The notes under the pieces are model-generated. The model did not search any database. It was not told where the DNA came from and was given only the letters and a program-made list of their open reading frames with translations. The position numbers and the translations under genes are program-made. Positions 25,728 to 34,024 of a DNA stretch of 64,000 bases are shown here, piece after piece; the first letter of the stretch is position 1, and every line of letters begins with the position of its first letter. This stretch comes from a virus, in the IMG/VR virus record IMGVR_UViG_3300008262_000008; one strand, given 5' to 3'.

Positions 25728-26089
25728 GACATTTAACTCCCGTTTTGCTTTTGGCAACGGGAGTCATTTGTACTCCTACATATGCTGAAAGTGTTGTGCC
25801 TAATTTTACAAGAGGCACTATCAATGCAACTACAGAATCAACTACAAAAATTGTAGAAACTATTCGTCAAGTTGAATATACAACTGGCACGTCTTATACT
25901 GTCACTGGAACTAATATTAATATTCCTGGCACTCCTCAACAAGGAGCAAATTATACCATCATGCAACAAGGTGCTCCATTCCAGTTCAGTGAAACTTATC
26001 TCGGACCTGGAGTGGCAAAAGAAACATGGATAGATCGCACCACAGAAACTCAATCAACCACTACATCTATATCTGTATTTACGCAGTAG
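25724..26089 (+). CDS. Exported hypothetical protein
   Basis: Signal-peptide-like N-terminus ending TYA-ES; ATGA overlap with the upstream gene. Confidence 0.8.
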   Translation: MRHLTPVLLLATGVICTPTYAESVVPNFTRGTINATTESTTKIVETIRQVEYTTGTSYTVTGTNINIPGTPQQGANYTIMQQGAPFQFSETYLGPGVAKETWIDRTTETQSTTTSISVFTQ

Positions 26090-26628
26090 GTCTTTATGTA
26101 TCGCCTGTGCTGGCTCAAACAGCTCCTAGTAATACTAATATTGCTGGGCCTAGTGCTTCTGCTACAGGAAACGTTACAAACCAAGCGGTACAAGTCCTCC
26201 AGGGGCCATACGCCGTCAATACGTATGGTGGTGGAGTTAGTTGCCAGGGACCGACGATGAGTTTATCCCCCTTCGTATTAGGGAGTATTAATAGTAGTCA
26301 AGACCCAGAAACATTTCAATCTCAGAATGGAAATGCTGGTATCAGTATGGGATTTAACTTTCCTTTAGATGGAAGTTTAACAGAATTATGTAAGGAAAGA
26401 GCAAGAACAGAAATAAGAAGACAGAATGCAGAAACAGATAAAGCACGTTTAGATTTTGAATTAGTAAGACTTCTTAAATGTGGTGAAGCAATTAAATCTG
26501 GAATTACATTTCATCCAGACAGTCCATATGCAAAAATTTGCTCTGACGTTGTTGTTAGGTATCCAACACCAACTATTGTAACAAATCCACAAAAACCAGA
26601 TACTAAAATAAATAAGGCAGATAAGTAA
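26026..26628 (+). CDS. Exported or membrane hypothetical protein with four Cys
   Basis: Hydrophobic leader ending VLA-QT; start uncertain. Confidence 0.75.
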   Translation: MDRSHHRNSINHYIYICIYAVGLYVSPVLAQTAPSNTNIAGPSASATGNVTNQAVQVLQGPYAVNTYGGGVSCQGPTMSLSPFVLGSINSSQDPETFQSQNGNAGISMGFNFPLDGSLTELCKERARTEIRRQNAETDKARLDFELVRLLKCGEAIKSGITFHPDSPYAKICSDVVVRYPTPTIVTNPQKPDTKINKADK

Positions 26629-26653
26629 TTCTACTGTGCGATATGTATCAGTC

Positions 26654-26767
26654 ATGCTTCTTAAGCATAACAAAAGAGTTGAATGGTATGACATTCCTTG
26701 GGGTAAATCCCATCTGGATGTTATTAGAAAACACGGTATTATTCTTATGACTATTGTACATGAATAA
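26654..26767 (+). CDS. 37-aa hypothetical peptide
   Basis: Translated manually; island context. Confidence 0.45.
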   Translation: MLLKHNKRVEWYDIPWGKSHLDVIRKHGIILMTIVHE

Positions 26768-26779
26768 GGAGATATTCAA

Positions 26780-26923
26780 ATGTATGTACTCTCAGAAAAA
26801 GACATCAATCGTCTAATCATCTTATGTGCTGAGAAATCAGCAACTACAACTGACAAGAGTGCCAAACAAGAATATCAACATCTCGTTAATAAATTGAAAA
26901 ATTATAAAGATCAAAATCTATGA
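26780..26923 (+). CDS. 47-aa hypothetical protein
   Basis: Translated manually; AGGAG SD. Confidence 0.6.
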   Translation: MYVLSEKDINRLIILCAEKSATTTDKSAKQEYQHLVNKLKNYKDQNL

Positions 26924-27090
26924 GACATTTGGTAGTAGAAATCTTAACAAATACTGTATGTTTAGGGATCTTAAGTGGTGCTTTGATTATACTACCGATT
27001 ATTGGTATCGCAAAAATTCATGAGCCACCGAATGGAAAAAATACATCCCGAACGTCTGGTAACACAGAAAGAATGCCAGGAGATGATTGA
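26920..27090 (+). CDS. Small membrane peptide
   Basis: ATGA overlap with the previous ORF; hydrophobic helix. Confidence 0.5.
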   Translation: MRHLVVEILTNTVCLGILSGALIILPIIGIAKIHEPPNGKNTSRTSGNTERMPGDD

Positions 27091-27238
27091 TGCTGCTATA
27101 CGCAGACACAATCGGAATGCTTCCATTATTAGTATGTGTGTTGGTTGGGTGGTCCTTGCTTTATTTGCTGAAGGACTGTTGAGACTTATTGGTGTTATTC
27201 CTCCACTTCTACCATGGCTGAACATTACCCTGAAATAA
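27020..27238 (+). CDS. Small membrane protein (LVTQKECQEMIDAAIRRHNRN...)
   Basis: ORF track; one TM helix; start uncertain. Confidence 0.7.
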   Translation: MSHRMEKIHPERLVTQKECQEMIDAAIRRHNRNASIISMCVGWVVLALFAEGLLRLIGVIPPLLPWLNITLK

Positions 27239-27393
27239 TAGGAATTGTTTTCTTGCTAGTATTTGCTGCCACCATGTTCTATCAAGGAACATGCATCATA
27301 AGGGGGCAACGTGGATATTCTCTTCGAGATTATCTCAAACAGGATAGTGATAATATGCGTAAACGAATAGAGGAACTACTCAAGGACAAATGA
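27214..27393 (+). CDS. 59-aa membrane protein
   Basis: Translated manually; N-terminal TM helix and charged tail. Confidence 0.55.
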   Translation: MAEHYPEIIGIVFLLVFAATMFYQGTCIIRGQRGYSLRDYLKQDSDNMRKRIEELLKDK

Positions 27394-27497
27394 TCATCTT
27401 AACAGAAGAGGATTTAAAAGAATTGCAAGAAAGAGTTTTTCAACAGAAAATGGATGAACTCTTTGAAGAACCATCTACCTATGAGGATGACGAATGA
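27390..27497 (+). CDS. 35-aa acidic peptide
   Basis: ATGA overlaps at both ends. Confidence 0.5.
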   Translation: MIILTEEDLKELQERVFQQKMDELFEEPSTYEDDE

Positions 27498-28225
27498 GAA
27501 AATTAATTGCATCTACATGTTTAGCATTGTCTATTTCCATGCCAGTTATAGGAGAGACAATTAGAATTGAGGAACCTAAAGTAAAATACCATAGTTACGA
27601 ATCTTTAGGGTGTGTAATTTTATTAGAGTGTACTACTGGTGTTGAACGTGCAACAGTAAATTACGATTATGGTGTCCTACAATCTGAACATCTAAATGAA
27701 ATTAAAGAAATTATTACTGCACTAGATAATTTAAATGTTGAAGTATATATTGCAGATGAAAAATATTTTCCATTTAATACTAATGGAATTTATAAACCAA
27801 AATACAATCGTTTTATCATTCGTAGAGATTTATTAGAAAATAGAATTGAATTTATTAGTACGTTAAGACATGAAGGTTGGCATGTTGTTCAAGATGCAAT
27901 GGCTGGAGGAGTAGACAATCCTTTCATTGCTCAAGTACATCAAGATAATGAAATACCAGATGTCATCAGAATGAGAACTTCATTAGTTTATGGGGCGGCA
28001 GGGCAAAATGCTGGAATAGATTGGGAAACGGATGCTAACTGGGCAGAATTGCAACCAGGAAAAACTGCAAAGTATTTAAAAATGGCATCGGTCAAACCTC
28101 TATGGGAACAAATAGAACCAACTCCAATGACTAAAGAATGGTTAATTGGATGTGGTTATATGCCTCCTACAGATAATTATAAATTGTATTCCAATAAAAA
28201 ATATTGTAAAGAAGGTGGAATTTAA
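27494..28225 (+). CDS. Exported putative zinc metallopeptidase
   Basis: Signal-peptide-like N-terminus and TLRHEGWHVVQ (HExxH). Confidence 0.65.
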   Translation: MRKLIASTCLALSISMPVIGETIRIEEPKVKYHSYESLGCVILLECTTGVERATVNYDYGVLQSEHLNEIKEIITALDNLNVEVYIADEKYFPFNTNGIYKPKYNRFIIRRDLLENRIEFISTLRHEGWHVVQDAMAGGVDNPFIAQVHQDNEIPDVIRMRTSLVYGAAGQNAGIDWETDANWAELQPGKTAKYLKMASVKPLWEQIEPTPMTKEWLIGCGYMPPTDNYKLYSNKKYCKEGGI

Positions 28226-28227
28226 TC

Positions 28228-28320
28228 ATGAAAAGAGATATTATAGTTTCATCTTTAGTATACTTTAGTATTATGGGTTTATGGATATGGTGGGGTCTCA
28301 CACATGCATATCCTTCCTAA
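28228..28320 (+). CDS. 30-aa membrane peptide
   Basis: Translated manually; single hydrophobic helix. Confidence 0.4.
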   Translation: MKRDIIVSSLVYFSIMGLWIWWGLTHAYPS

Positions 28321-28356
28321 AATAGGATGCTAAATAATCCCATATGGAGATTATAT

Positions 28357-28677
28357 ATGCTATCTACGCAATATCGTCTTCGTCTTGAAACAATTTGCCA
28401 AAAAATTGTTAGACACGAAGAGGTAGGTTTGGAAGATATGATCTGGGCAGAAAAACTTGCAAAAGTAAATCGTACTGCAGGTACAATGCTCAGACAGGCA
28501 AGAAGAACAGCAGAAAATCCTAATATGCAGGAAGGAGACCTAGACGATTTTTTAAATCAACTTGATATTGGAGGTACTGGTCATGAACGTTTTGGAAAAC
28601 GTGGTTTCAATGACATTGATGATATGATCGATTGGTTCACTCAAGATAAACCTAATGATTGGAGGCAACGTGACTAA
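28357..28677 (+). CDS. Hypothetical protein (MLSTQYRLRLE...)
   Basis: GGAG SD; late promoter CTAAATA at 28330-28336. Confidence 0.75.
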   Translation: MLSTQYRLRLETICQKIVRHEEVGLEDMIWAEKLAKVNRTAGTMLRQARRTAENPNMQEGDLDDFLNQLDIGGTGHERFGKRGFNDIDDMIDWFTQDKPNDWRQRD

Positions 28678-28853
28678 TGGACATTGAAGCACAAAACGAA
28701 AAATGGAACAGAGGTCTTGATCTGTTCATTGAAAGTGTATATAAGCCAGATAATGAATTAAGACAAGATGCACATGATCAAAAGTGTTATAATGAACTTA
28801 TGGGTATTCGTTGGCATGTTCTAGAGTATCTTCAAACATTAAGAAAGCATTAA
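28677..28853 (+). CDS. 58-aa hypothetical protein
   Basis: Translated manually; abuts the previous stop. Confidence 0.6.
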   Translation: MDIEAQNEKWNRGLDLFIESVYKPDNELRQDAHDQKCYNELMGIRWHVLEYLQTLRKH

Positions 28854-28879
28854 TTTGGTATCAAACTTTACAGTGATGC

Positions 28880-28908
28880 TTGAATAAATACAGATAACGG
28901 GGTATACT
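28880..28908 (+). promoter_or_regulatory. Overlapping sigma70-type and late promoters
   Basis: TTGAAT-17 nt-TATACT with AATAAATA at 28883-28890. Confidence 0.7.
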
Positions 28909-28929
28909 AATCCCCTATCGTTCATCCTA

Positions 28930-29151
28930 ATGTCTAAAGCACTTCTGCTTTTGGCATGGATACCCTTTCTGATCTTTCCCTATCATGCAGATCCAAGCAC
29001 TACTCAGTATGTTAAAGTGACTTGTGATCATGCATGGGTATTGATGGACATCGTTAAAAATAACGATACTATCTCATGGAAACAGAAAGATCCTTTGCTA
29101 TTAGACCTCCGAGAGGAAGTCATTAGTGAGTGTAATAGACACTATCAATAG
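28930..29151 (+). CDS. 73-aa protein inside the first riboswitch loop
   Basis: ATG follows the P2 5' strand and the TAG stop lies in the P2 3' strand; signal-like N-terminus; two Cys. Confidence 0.65.
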   Translation: MSKALLLLAWIPFLIFPYHADPSTTQYVKVTCDHAWVLMDIVKNNDTISWKQKDPLLLDLREEVISECNRHYQ

Positions 29152-29188
29152 GACGGAAGTAAGCCAACTCGGAACGGAACGTTCATCT

Positions 29189-29341
29189 ATGGAAGCACTC
29201 ATTCTAACTTGTCTTCAGGCACAATTGATTGCAGGAAGAGTTTATAAGCAAGATATTCCGAAACAAGCGAAGCTTGAATTAATTTCGGAATTGAAACTCA
29301 TCTCACCTAGAGAGTGCAAGATAGACGCAAAAGTTGACTGA
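29189..29341 (+). CDS. 50-aa protein inside the second riboswitch loop
   Basis: MEALILTCLQAQ...; similar Cys spacing to the previous ORF. Confidence 0.6.
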   Translation: MEALILTCLQAQLIAGRVYKQDIPKQAKLELISELKLISPRECKIDAKVD

Positions 29342-29379
29342 AGGAACGCTCTTTAGCCTAAAAATTAAGGAGAACCCTA

Positions 29380-29544
29380 ATGTCAATCGCAACATACCGT
29401 GGGTGCAAGTACAACACTAACACCCCTAAGCAAGAATATCAACACTGGTATTCTGAAACTCATGCCCCATCCCATCCACAGAATGTATATCGTGGTCATG
29501 CATATCGTCCATGCAACAACTGGAATTGGGAGGAAGGTAAATGA
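29380..29544 (+). CDS. DUF4278-like small protein
   Basis: MSIATYRGCKY and VYRGHAY (two YRG-x-x-Y motifs); AAGGAG SD. Confidence 0.7.
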   Translation: MSIATYRGCKYNTNTPKQEYQHWYSETHAPSHPQNVYRGHAYRPCNNWNWEEGK

Positions 29545-29627
29545 ATTGGTTAAATATTATCCGTAAACAAATTCTCAAAGAGAGAAAACTCCAAGAGGCA
29601 CAATATTATATTGCCACTCTTGGTTAA
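29541..29627 (+). CDS. 28-aa basic peptide
   Basis: ATGA overlap with the DUF4278-like ORF. Confidence 0.5.
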   Translation: MNWLNIIRKQILKERKLQEAQYYIATLG

Positions 29628-30514
29628 AATGATAATCTTGCTGAGAGTTTCTTAGCAATCTTTTTCGCAGGGGCAAACAGAGGTTTAAATCTCTTTTGCC
29701 CTTCTTTTGTAAATTTGTCAGAGATAATATCATCCACAATAATTTTATTCTCTACTTCGTAAAGTGGATTAATATCAACTTGGTCTCTGAGATACTGCTC
29801 TACATTATCAATCGTATCGAGGAGTTTAGTTCCTTCCGAAGAGTATTGGAAAACGTCAACCTTACCACTATCAGTTAGAACATAGTGCAGTACAGGTTTG
29901 ACTTGTTTGATTTTAATTTTAAACTTATTCTTTGCTGCTTCTCTAATCAACGGTTCTGCTGCGTTCTTAAGAGTATTAAAAACCATCGTTGATCCGATCG
30001 TGGCAGCAGTCGTAACGATTGCTACAGACCCCGCTGTAGCGATCATAGAGGGGTCTGGGAGGTCCACCTTGACCCCTGCGATGGTGATGCTAGGGTTCTC
30101 TGCTGGGATCTCTGCCTTGGTCACTGGAGGGGTCTGCTGGAGTGCCTGGATCTGTGGAGGCAGTTCTGGTTTAGCATCAGGTAACCCTCTGGTCTTATCC
30201 TGCTGTTGCTGTTGTTCTTTTTCTCTTTCTGCTTTTACGGCTGCATCAAATTCTTCCTGTGTAGGTACATTAATCACAGGATATTTGATTGAGGTATCTG
30301 GATTATCAAATACAGGTAAAGCAAGTCCCCGAGAAACAGGGACTTGCATCTGTTCTATTACAGGAGGATCAAGCCTCTGTATCAGCGTACCTTGAGGGTT
30401 CGGTATCCGCTGCTGCTGCAACGGGGGTATCGAAGACAGGTTGGACTGCTGGTTCGGCAGGGACTGGAGTTGGTTCGACTGCAGTGGTTGCAGGAACGGA
30501 ATCTGGTTTGGCAT
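29624..30514 (-). CDS. Pro/Gln-rich membrane-anchored hypothetical protein
   Basis: ORF track; central hydrophobic helix; start uncertain. Confidence 0.7.
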   Translation of the reverse strand: MPNQIPFLQPLQSNQLQSLPNQQSNLSSIPPLQQQRIPNPQGTLIQRLDPPVIEQMQVPVSRGLALPVFDNPDTSIKYPVINVPTQEEFDAAVKAEREKEQQQQQDKTRGLPDAKPELPPQIQALQQTPPVTKAEIPAENPSITIAGVKVDLPDPSMIATAGSVAIVTTAATIGSTMVFNTLKNAAEPLIREAAKNKFKIKIKQVKPVLHYVLTDSGKVDVFQYSSEGTKLLDTIDNVEQYLRDQVDINPLYEVENKIIVDDIISDKFTKEGQKRFKPLFAPAKKIAKKLSARLSF

Positions 30515-30710
30515 CGTCCTTCTTCTCGTCCTTCTTCAAAGTATCAACACCGAAAGTAGCGGCTGCTGCAGTGAAGACTGTAGCAATAAAGGTTGGGTCC
30601 ATCTTTGATAATAGACCAGCATAACTAGCTGTAAGTAGTGCAGCACTCCAACTCAAAACTGAAATTCTAACGATTGTGCTCATACATCTTTCCTTTTTCT
30701 GAGTTTCCAT
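30369..30710 (-). CDS. Two-TM hypothetical protein with a Pro/Ala tail
   Basis: ORF track; late promoter GATAAATA at 30743-30750. Confidence 0.7.
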   Translation of the reverse strand: METQKKERCMSTIVRISVLSWSAALLTASYAGLLSKMDPTFIATVFTAAAATFGVDTLKKDEKKDDAKPDSVPATTAVEPTPVPAEPAVQPVFDTPVAAAADTEPSRYADTEA

Positions 30711-30715
30711 CGTTC

Positions 30716-30744
30716 TAAAAAATTAGAGGGGTATGTCCCCTCTA
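30716..30744 (-). terminator. Terminator hairpin after regA
   Basis: AGAGGGG-ACATA-CCCCTCT-AATTTTTT. Confidence 0.6.
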
Positions 30745-30748
30745 TTTA

Positions 30749-31174
30749 TCATGAAGAAATTTTCTTCTTACCAATATTATATTTAGATTCTAAAGTCCAC
30801 TCATCTTTATCTTTATAAGAGATAACTTTAATTTGATTTAATGGAGCAATATCTGAGATGGAACTTGCATTCACAATACTGATTAATCCCCAGTCACTCA
30901 AAAGTTGAGCAATTCTATTTCTACGTTGAAGATCATTCACAGATAAATTTGTGTTCTTGCCATCAAGAGAAAATAGTTCTTTAAAGTGAACAATATAATA
31001 CTTACCTTTCTTATGCAGAATATGGCAAGACTGATATAGTTTCTTTTCCTTCCTAGATGCGACACCAATTCTAGTCAGCGTCTCTCGAACCTTAAGAAAA
31101 TCATCGGGCTCATTAAGAGTGATTTCGACCATATCTGTCTCACTCCACTTTACTTCAGAATATTCTTCTGTCAT
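30749..31174 (-). CDS. regA: RegA translational repressor
   Basis: PDDFLKVRETLTRIGVAS...LYQSCHILHK.G.YYIVHFKELF. Confidence 0.96.
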   Translation of the reverse strand: MTEEYSEVKWSETDMVEITLNEPDDFLKVRETLTRIGVASRKEKKLYQSCHILHKKGKYYIVHFKELFSLDGKNTNLSVNDLQRRNRIAQLLSDWGLISIVNASSISDIAPLNQIKVISYKDKDEWTLESKYNIGKKKISS

Positions 31175-31554
31175 TTTTTACCTCCAACATTCAGCCTAGA
31201 CTTAATATATTCAAGTTGATCCTTAGATAACATACCGAGAGCAGTCTTAGCTTTTTCATTACTATAACCATAGTATTGCTTGACAATCTCAAGGTCTTTT
31301 AGTTTATCTGCCTTTAACCAGGGAGAAAAACGTTTCTTTGGTCTCAGACTATTTAGCAAAAAAATATATTGGATATCTTTATCTAGAAAATGATGGATAT
31401 TCATTTCATTCGCATACATGATAGTATCAATCGTACCCGACAAACAACGATTAATAATGTATGGCGGATAACCTTTGATAGCATCAGTTTCATCTAAAAG
31501 ATTATTCTTCTGATGATTAATAGAATTAAGATAATCTTTTAATTCATACTTCAT
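31171..31554 (-). CDS. gp62: Clamp loader small subunit gp62
   Basis: YPPYIINR...RPKKRFSPWLK...YYGYSNEKA; synteny. Confidence 0.92.
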   Translation of the reverse strand: MKYELKDYLNSINHQKNNLLDETDAIKGYPPYIINRCLSGTIDTIMYANEMNIHHFLDKDIQYIFLLNSLRPKKRFSPWLKADKLKDLEIVKQYYGYSNEKAKTALGMLSKDQLEYIKSRLNVGGKK

Positions 31555-32377
31555 AGTTAGTCACCAAAAGTTCATAACGACCTTTCTGTTCTTGCATATA
31601 ATCTCCTACTGAACGCATCGTATAAGTAAGATCCCAAGAATGCATGTGGTATCCATTCAACCATTCACGAAGAGTTGGATTGTCATTATAAGTGATCATC
31701 CAGTTTAACTGACACTCCTTCACACGATCACAGAACAGTTTATGATCAAATCCTTTATGCAAATTTCCTTTGTTTCCATAAAGATTATCTTTAATATCAT
31801 ATGGAGGATCCAAGAAAATAAAAGCTGACTTGTTAACTTTTTCAGGATAAACTAACACATGTTCATAAGAGATGTGTGTAATAGTCCAATTCTTAATTAA
31901 CTCTTTATATAATTCCAATTTTTCAATACCAGCATGTGAGAAATTACTGACACTTGCTTGTGCTGAAAAAGAAGAACTTTCAGTAAGACCAGAAAAACTA
32001 CATTTATTTACAATGTAAAAAAACACTGCTCGATCAAGAGCAGATACTGTTGGATCATTTACACCTACTTTAGCATGAGTAAAAAGTTCTCTTGCTTTAT
32101 CTGGAGTATCATGAGCATACTTAGCATTAGAAAGAATGTCTCTCATATGACCACCATTTGCTTGTAACTGTTGCCAGAAATTTACAAGAGGTTCATATAA
32201 ATCACTTACCCAAACATCAGCATCTGGGTTCTCTTTAGTAAATGCAATTGCTACACTACCACCACCAAGAAAAGGTTCTCGATATTCTAGAATACCTTTA
32301 GGAAATTTCGGTACAAGATATTTTGTGGCACGAGACTTACCACCAGGATAACGTAAAGGTGTCTTAAGACTTTTCAT
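31544..32377 (-). CDS. dam: Dam-like N6-adenine DNA methyltransferase
   Basis: LRYPGGKS, EPFLGGGSV (motif I), DPPY (motif IV). Confidence 0.85.
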   Translation of the reverse strand: MKSLKTPLRYPGGKSRATKYLVPKFPKGILEYREPFLGGGSVAIAFTKENPDADVWVSDLYEPLVNFWQQLQANGGHMRDILSNAKYAHDTPDKARELFTHAKVGVNDPTVSALDRAVFFYIVNKCSFSGLTESSSFSAQASVSNFSHAGIEKLELYKELIKNWTITHISYEHVLVYPEKVNKSAFIFLDPPYDIKDNLYGNKGNLHKGFDHKLFCDRVKECQLNWMITYNDNPTLREWLNGYHMHSWDLTYTMRSVGDYMQEQKGRYELLVTNYEV

Positions 32378-33312
32378 TAGAAACACTCCACCATAATTTC
32401 AGTTAAACAAGCAAGAGTATTAATCTCTTGGTCAGCAACAAATGCTGCTTGATATTGATATTTTGCAATCAAAAGAATTGCCTGGGCAATTGCAGGACCT
32501 TCAAGATTACTATACAGTCCATCATAAATTGACCTGAAGATCATCGATGGTTCACTATCCAAATTGGCATTAACCCATTTGCGAACTTCACCAAATTTTT
32601 TAGATTTCAGATCTTTCATTAAATCATCAACATTGGATGAATTTGCATTTAAAATGCCGACATCAATACTACCTGCTGCCGAATATCTTTGTAGTTCATT
32701 TAGAACTCTACGCCAATCTGGAAAATATTTTTGAACAATATCAGCAACTACTTGTGCTTCATATTCAACATTTTCTTCAGAGAGGATTTGCCGTACTCGA
32801 TTAAAGAACTGAGCAGCAAGATTTGATTTTTCTTTTCCTTTGATGGAGAAGTCAATAACTGAACATCGGGAATGGAGTGGTTCAATGATTTTGTTTTTGT
32901 AATTTGCTGTGAAGATAAATCGACAGTTGTTAGCAAATTCCTCAATAGACGCACGTAGGAGGAGTTGTACGTCGTTTGTTGTGTTATCTGCCTCATCAAT
33001 AAGGATGACTTTGTGTTTAGCAGTTGATGTAAGCGAGCGGGTCGCAGCGAAGTTTTTCGCATTGTTTCGGACAGTATCGAGGAATCTACCCTCGTCGGAT
33101 CCATTGATGACATATAAATCTACTCCTAGTTCATTGCACAGTGCTTTTGCAACTGTAGTTTTTCCAATTCCTGCAGTTCCATGAAGCAGGAGGTTAGGGA
33201 TTTCACCTTTAGTTAGAAATCCCTGAAAGACTTCTTTGGTATCTTTAGGTAAGATACAATCCTCAATACTCTGAGGACGGTATTTTTCTACCCAAAGGAA
33301 TTTTTCACGCAT
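32377..33312 (-). CDS. gp44: Clamp loader large subunit gp44
   Basis: WVEKYRP, GTAGIGKTT, IDEAD, PLHSRC. Confidence 0.96.
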   Translation of the reverse strand: MREKFLWVEKYRPQSIEDCILPKDTKEVFQGFLTKGEIPNLLLHGTAGIGKTTVAKALCNELGVDLYVINGSDEGRFLDTVRNNAKNFAATRSLTSTAKHKVILIDEADNTTNDVQLLLRASIEEFANNCRFIFTANYKNKIIEPLHSRCSVIDFSIKGKEKSNLAAQFFNRVRQILSEENVEYEAQVVADIVQKYFPDWRRVLNELQRYSAAGSIDVGILNANSSNVDDLMKDLKSKKFGEVRKWVNANLDSEPSMIFRSIYDGLYSNLEGPAIAQAILLIAKYQYQAAFVADQEINTLACLTEIMVECF

Positions 33313-33340
33313 AACAAAACCTCATAATAAAATAAATGTA

Positions 33341-34024
33341 TCAGTCTTCGTTTGGTTCTAGTGCAATCCAATATCGAAGATTAGTTGGTTCAGATACAAC
33401 AGTAAACTGTGCTGCTGTTGCTGCTTCAGAAATTACCACTTCATAATCATAATCAGGAATGATTCTAAGGTTCTCTACTTTAAAACAGTGACAGAAAATT
33501 TCTGTAGTTTCTCCCAAAGGATAAGAATATACATTAGAAGTATTATTCTTTTTGTCTGTAACCAAAATATTAATTTCTTCTCCGTTACCGTTAATACAAA
33601 GATCTGTGACCTGATACACTCTTGCTGCATTTAAAATATTACGCAGCATTTGTTTAGTAAGCAAAAAGGAAATATCTTTACTAGGAAGAACTAGATCTTT
33701 ATCTGGAGGTGAAGTAATTACACTGGGATCTGCATAGTAAAAATGACTTTTTGCTTTTGATACTGCATCAATAACAACCAATTTTTCACTATTAGAAGTA
33801 TCAAATTCTGGTTGTTCAAACAAAGACAATCCACCAAGAAGTTGAGGTAGATCATAAATTGCAATTTGCTTATCAAACTGCTCATTAACATCGCACTTAG
33901 CAAAAATATTTTTATTTACGCTAAGCGTAGAAATAGTTTTTCCAGGATTAATGATAATAGAAGTGTTGATGCTGGCAAAGTTTTTAAGAATATTAATTGT
34001 CTGTTTAGAAACTGCAAATTTCAT
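33341..34024 (-). CDS. gp45: Sliding clamp gp45
   Basis: TINILKNFASIN, IYDL..LL, YWIALE; synteny. Confidence 0.93.
   Translation of the reverse strand: MKFAVSKQTINILKNFASINTSIIINPGKTISTLSVNKNIFAKCDVNEQFDKQIAIYDLPQLLGGLSLFEQPEFDTSNSEKLVVIDAVSKAKSHFYYADPSVITSPPDKDLVLPSKDISFLLTKQMLRNILNAARVYQVTDLCINGNGEEINILVTDKKNNTSNVYSYPLGETTEIFCHCFKVENLRIIPDYDYEVVISEAATAAQFTVVSEPTNLRYWIALEPNED

Larger units (their letters stand above)
28917..29349 (+). promoter_or_regulatory. Tandem or nested glutamine riboswitch (glnA-type) with ORFs in its P2 loops
   Basis: CGTTC-A-TCCTA...TAGGA-C-GGAAGTA-AGCCAACT and CGTTC-A-TCTAT...ATAGA-C...AGTTGACT-GAAG-GAACG match the glnA aptamer architecture. Confidence 0.75.
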
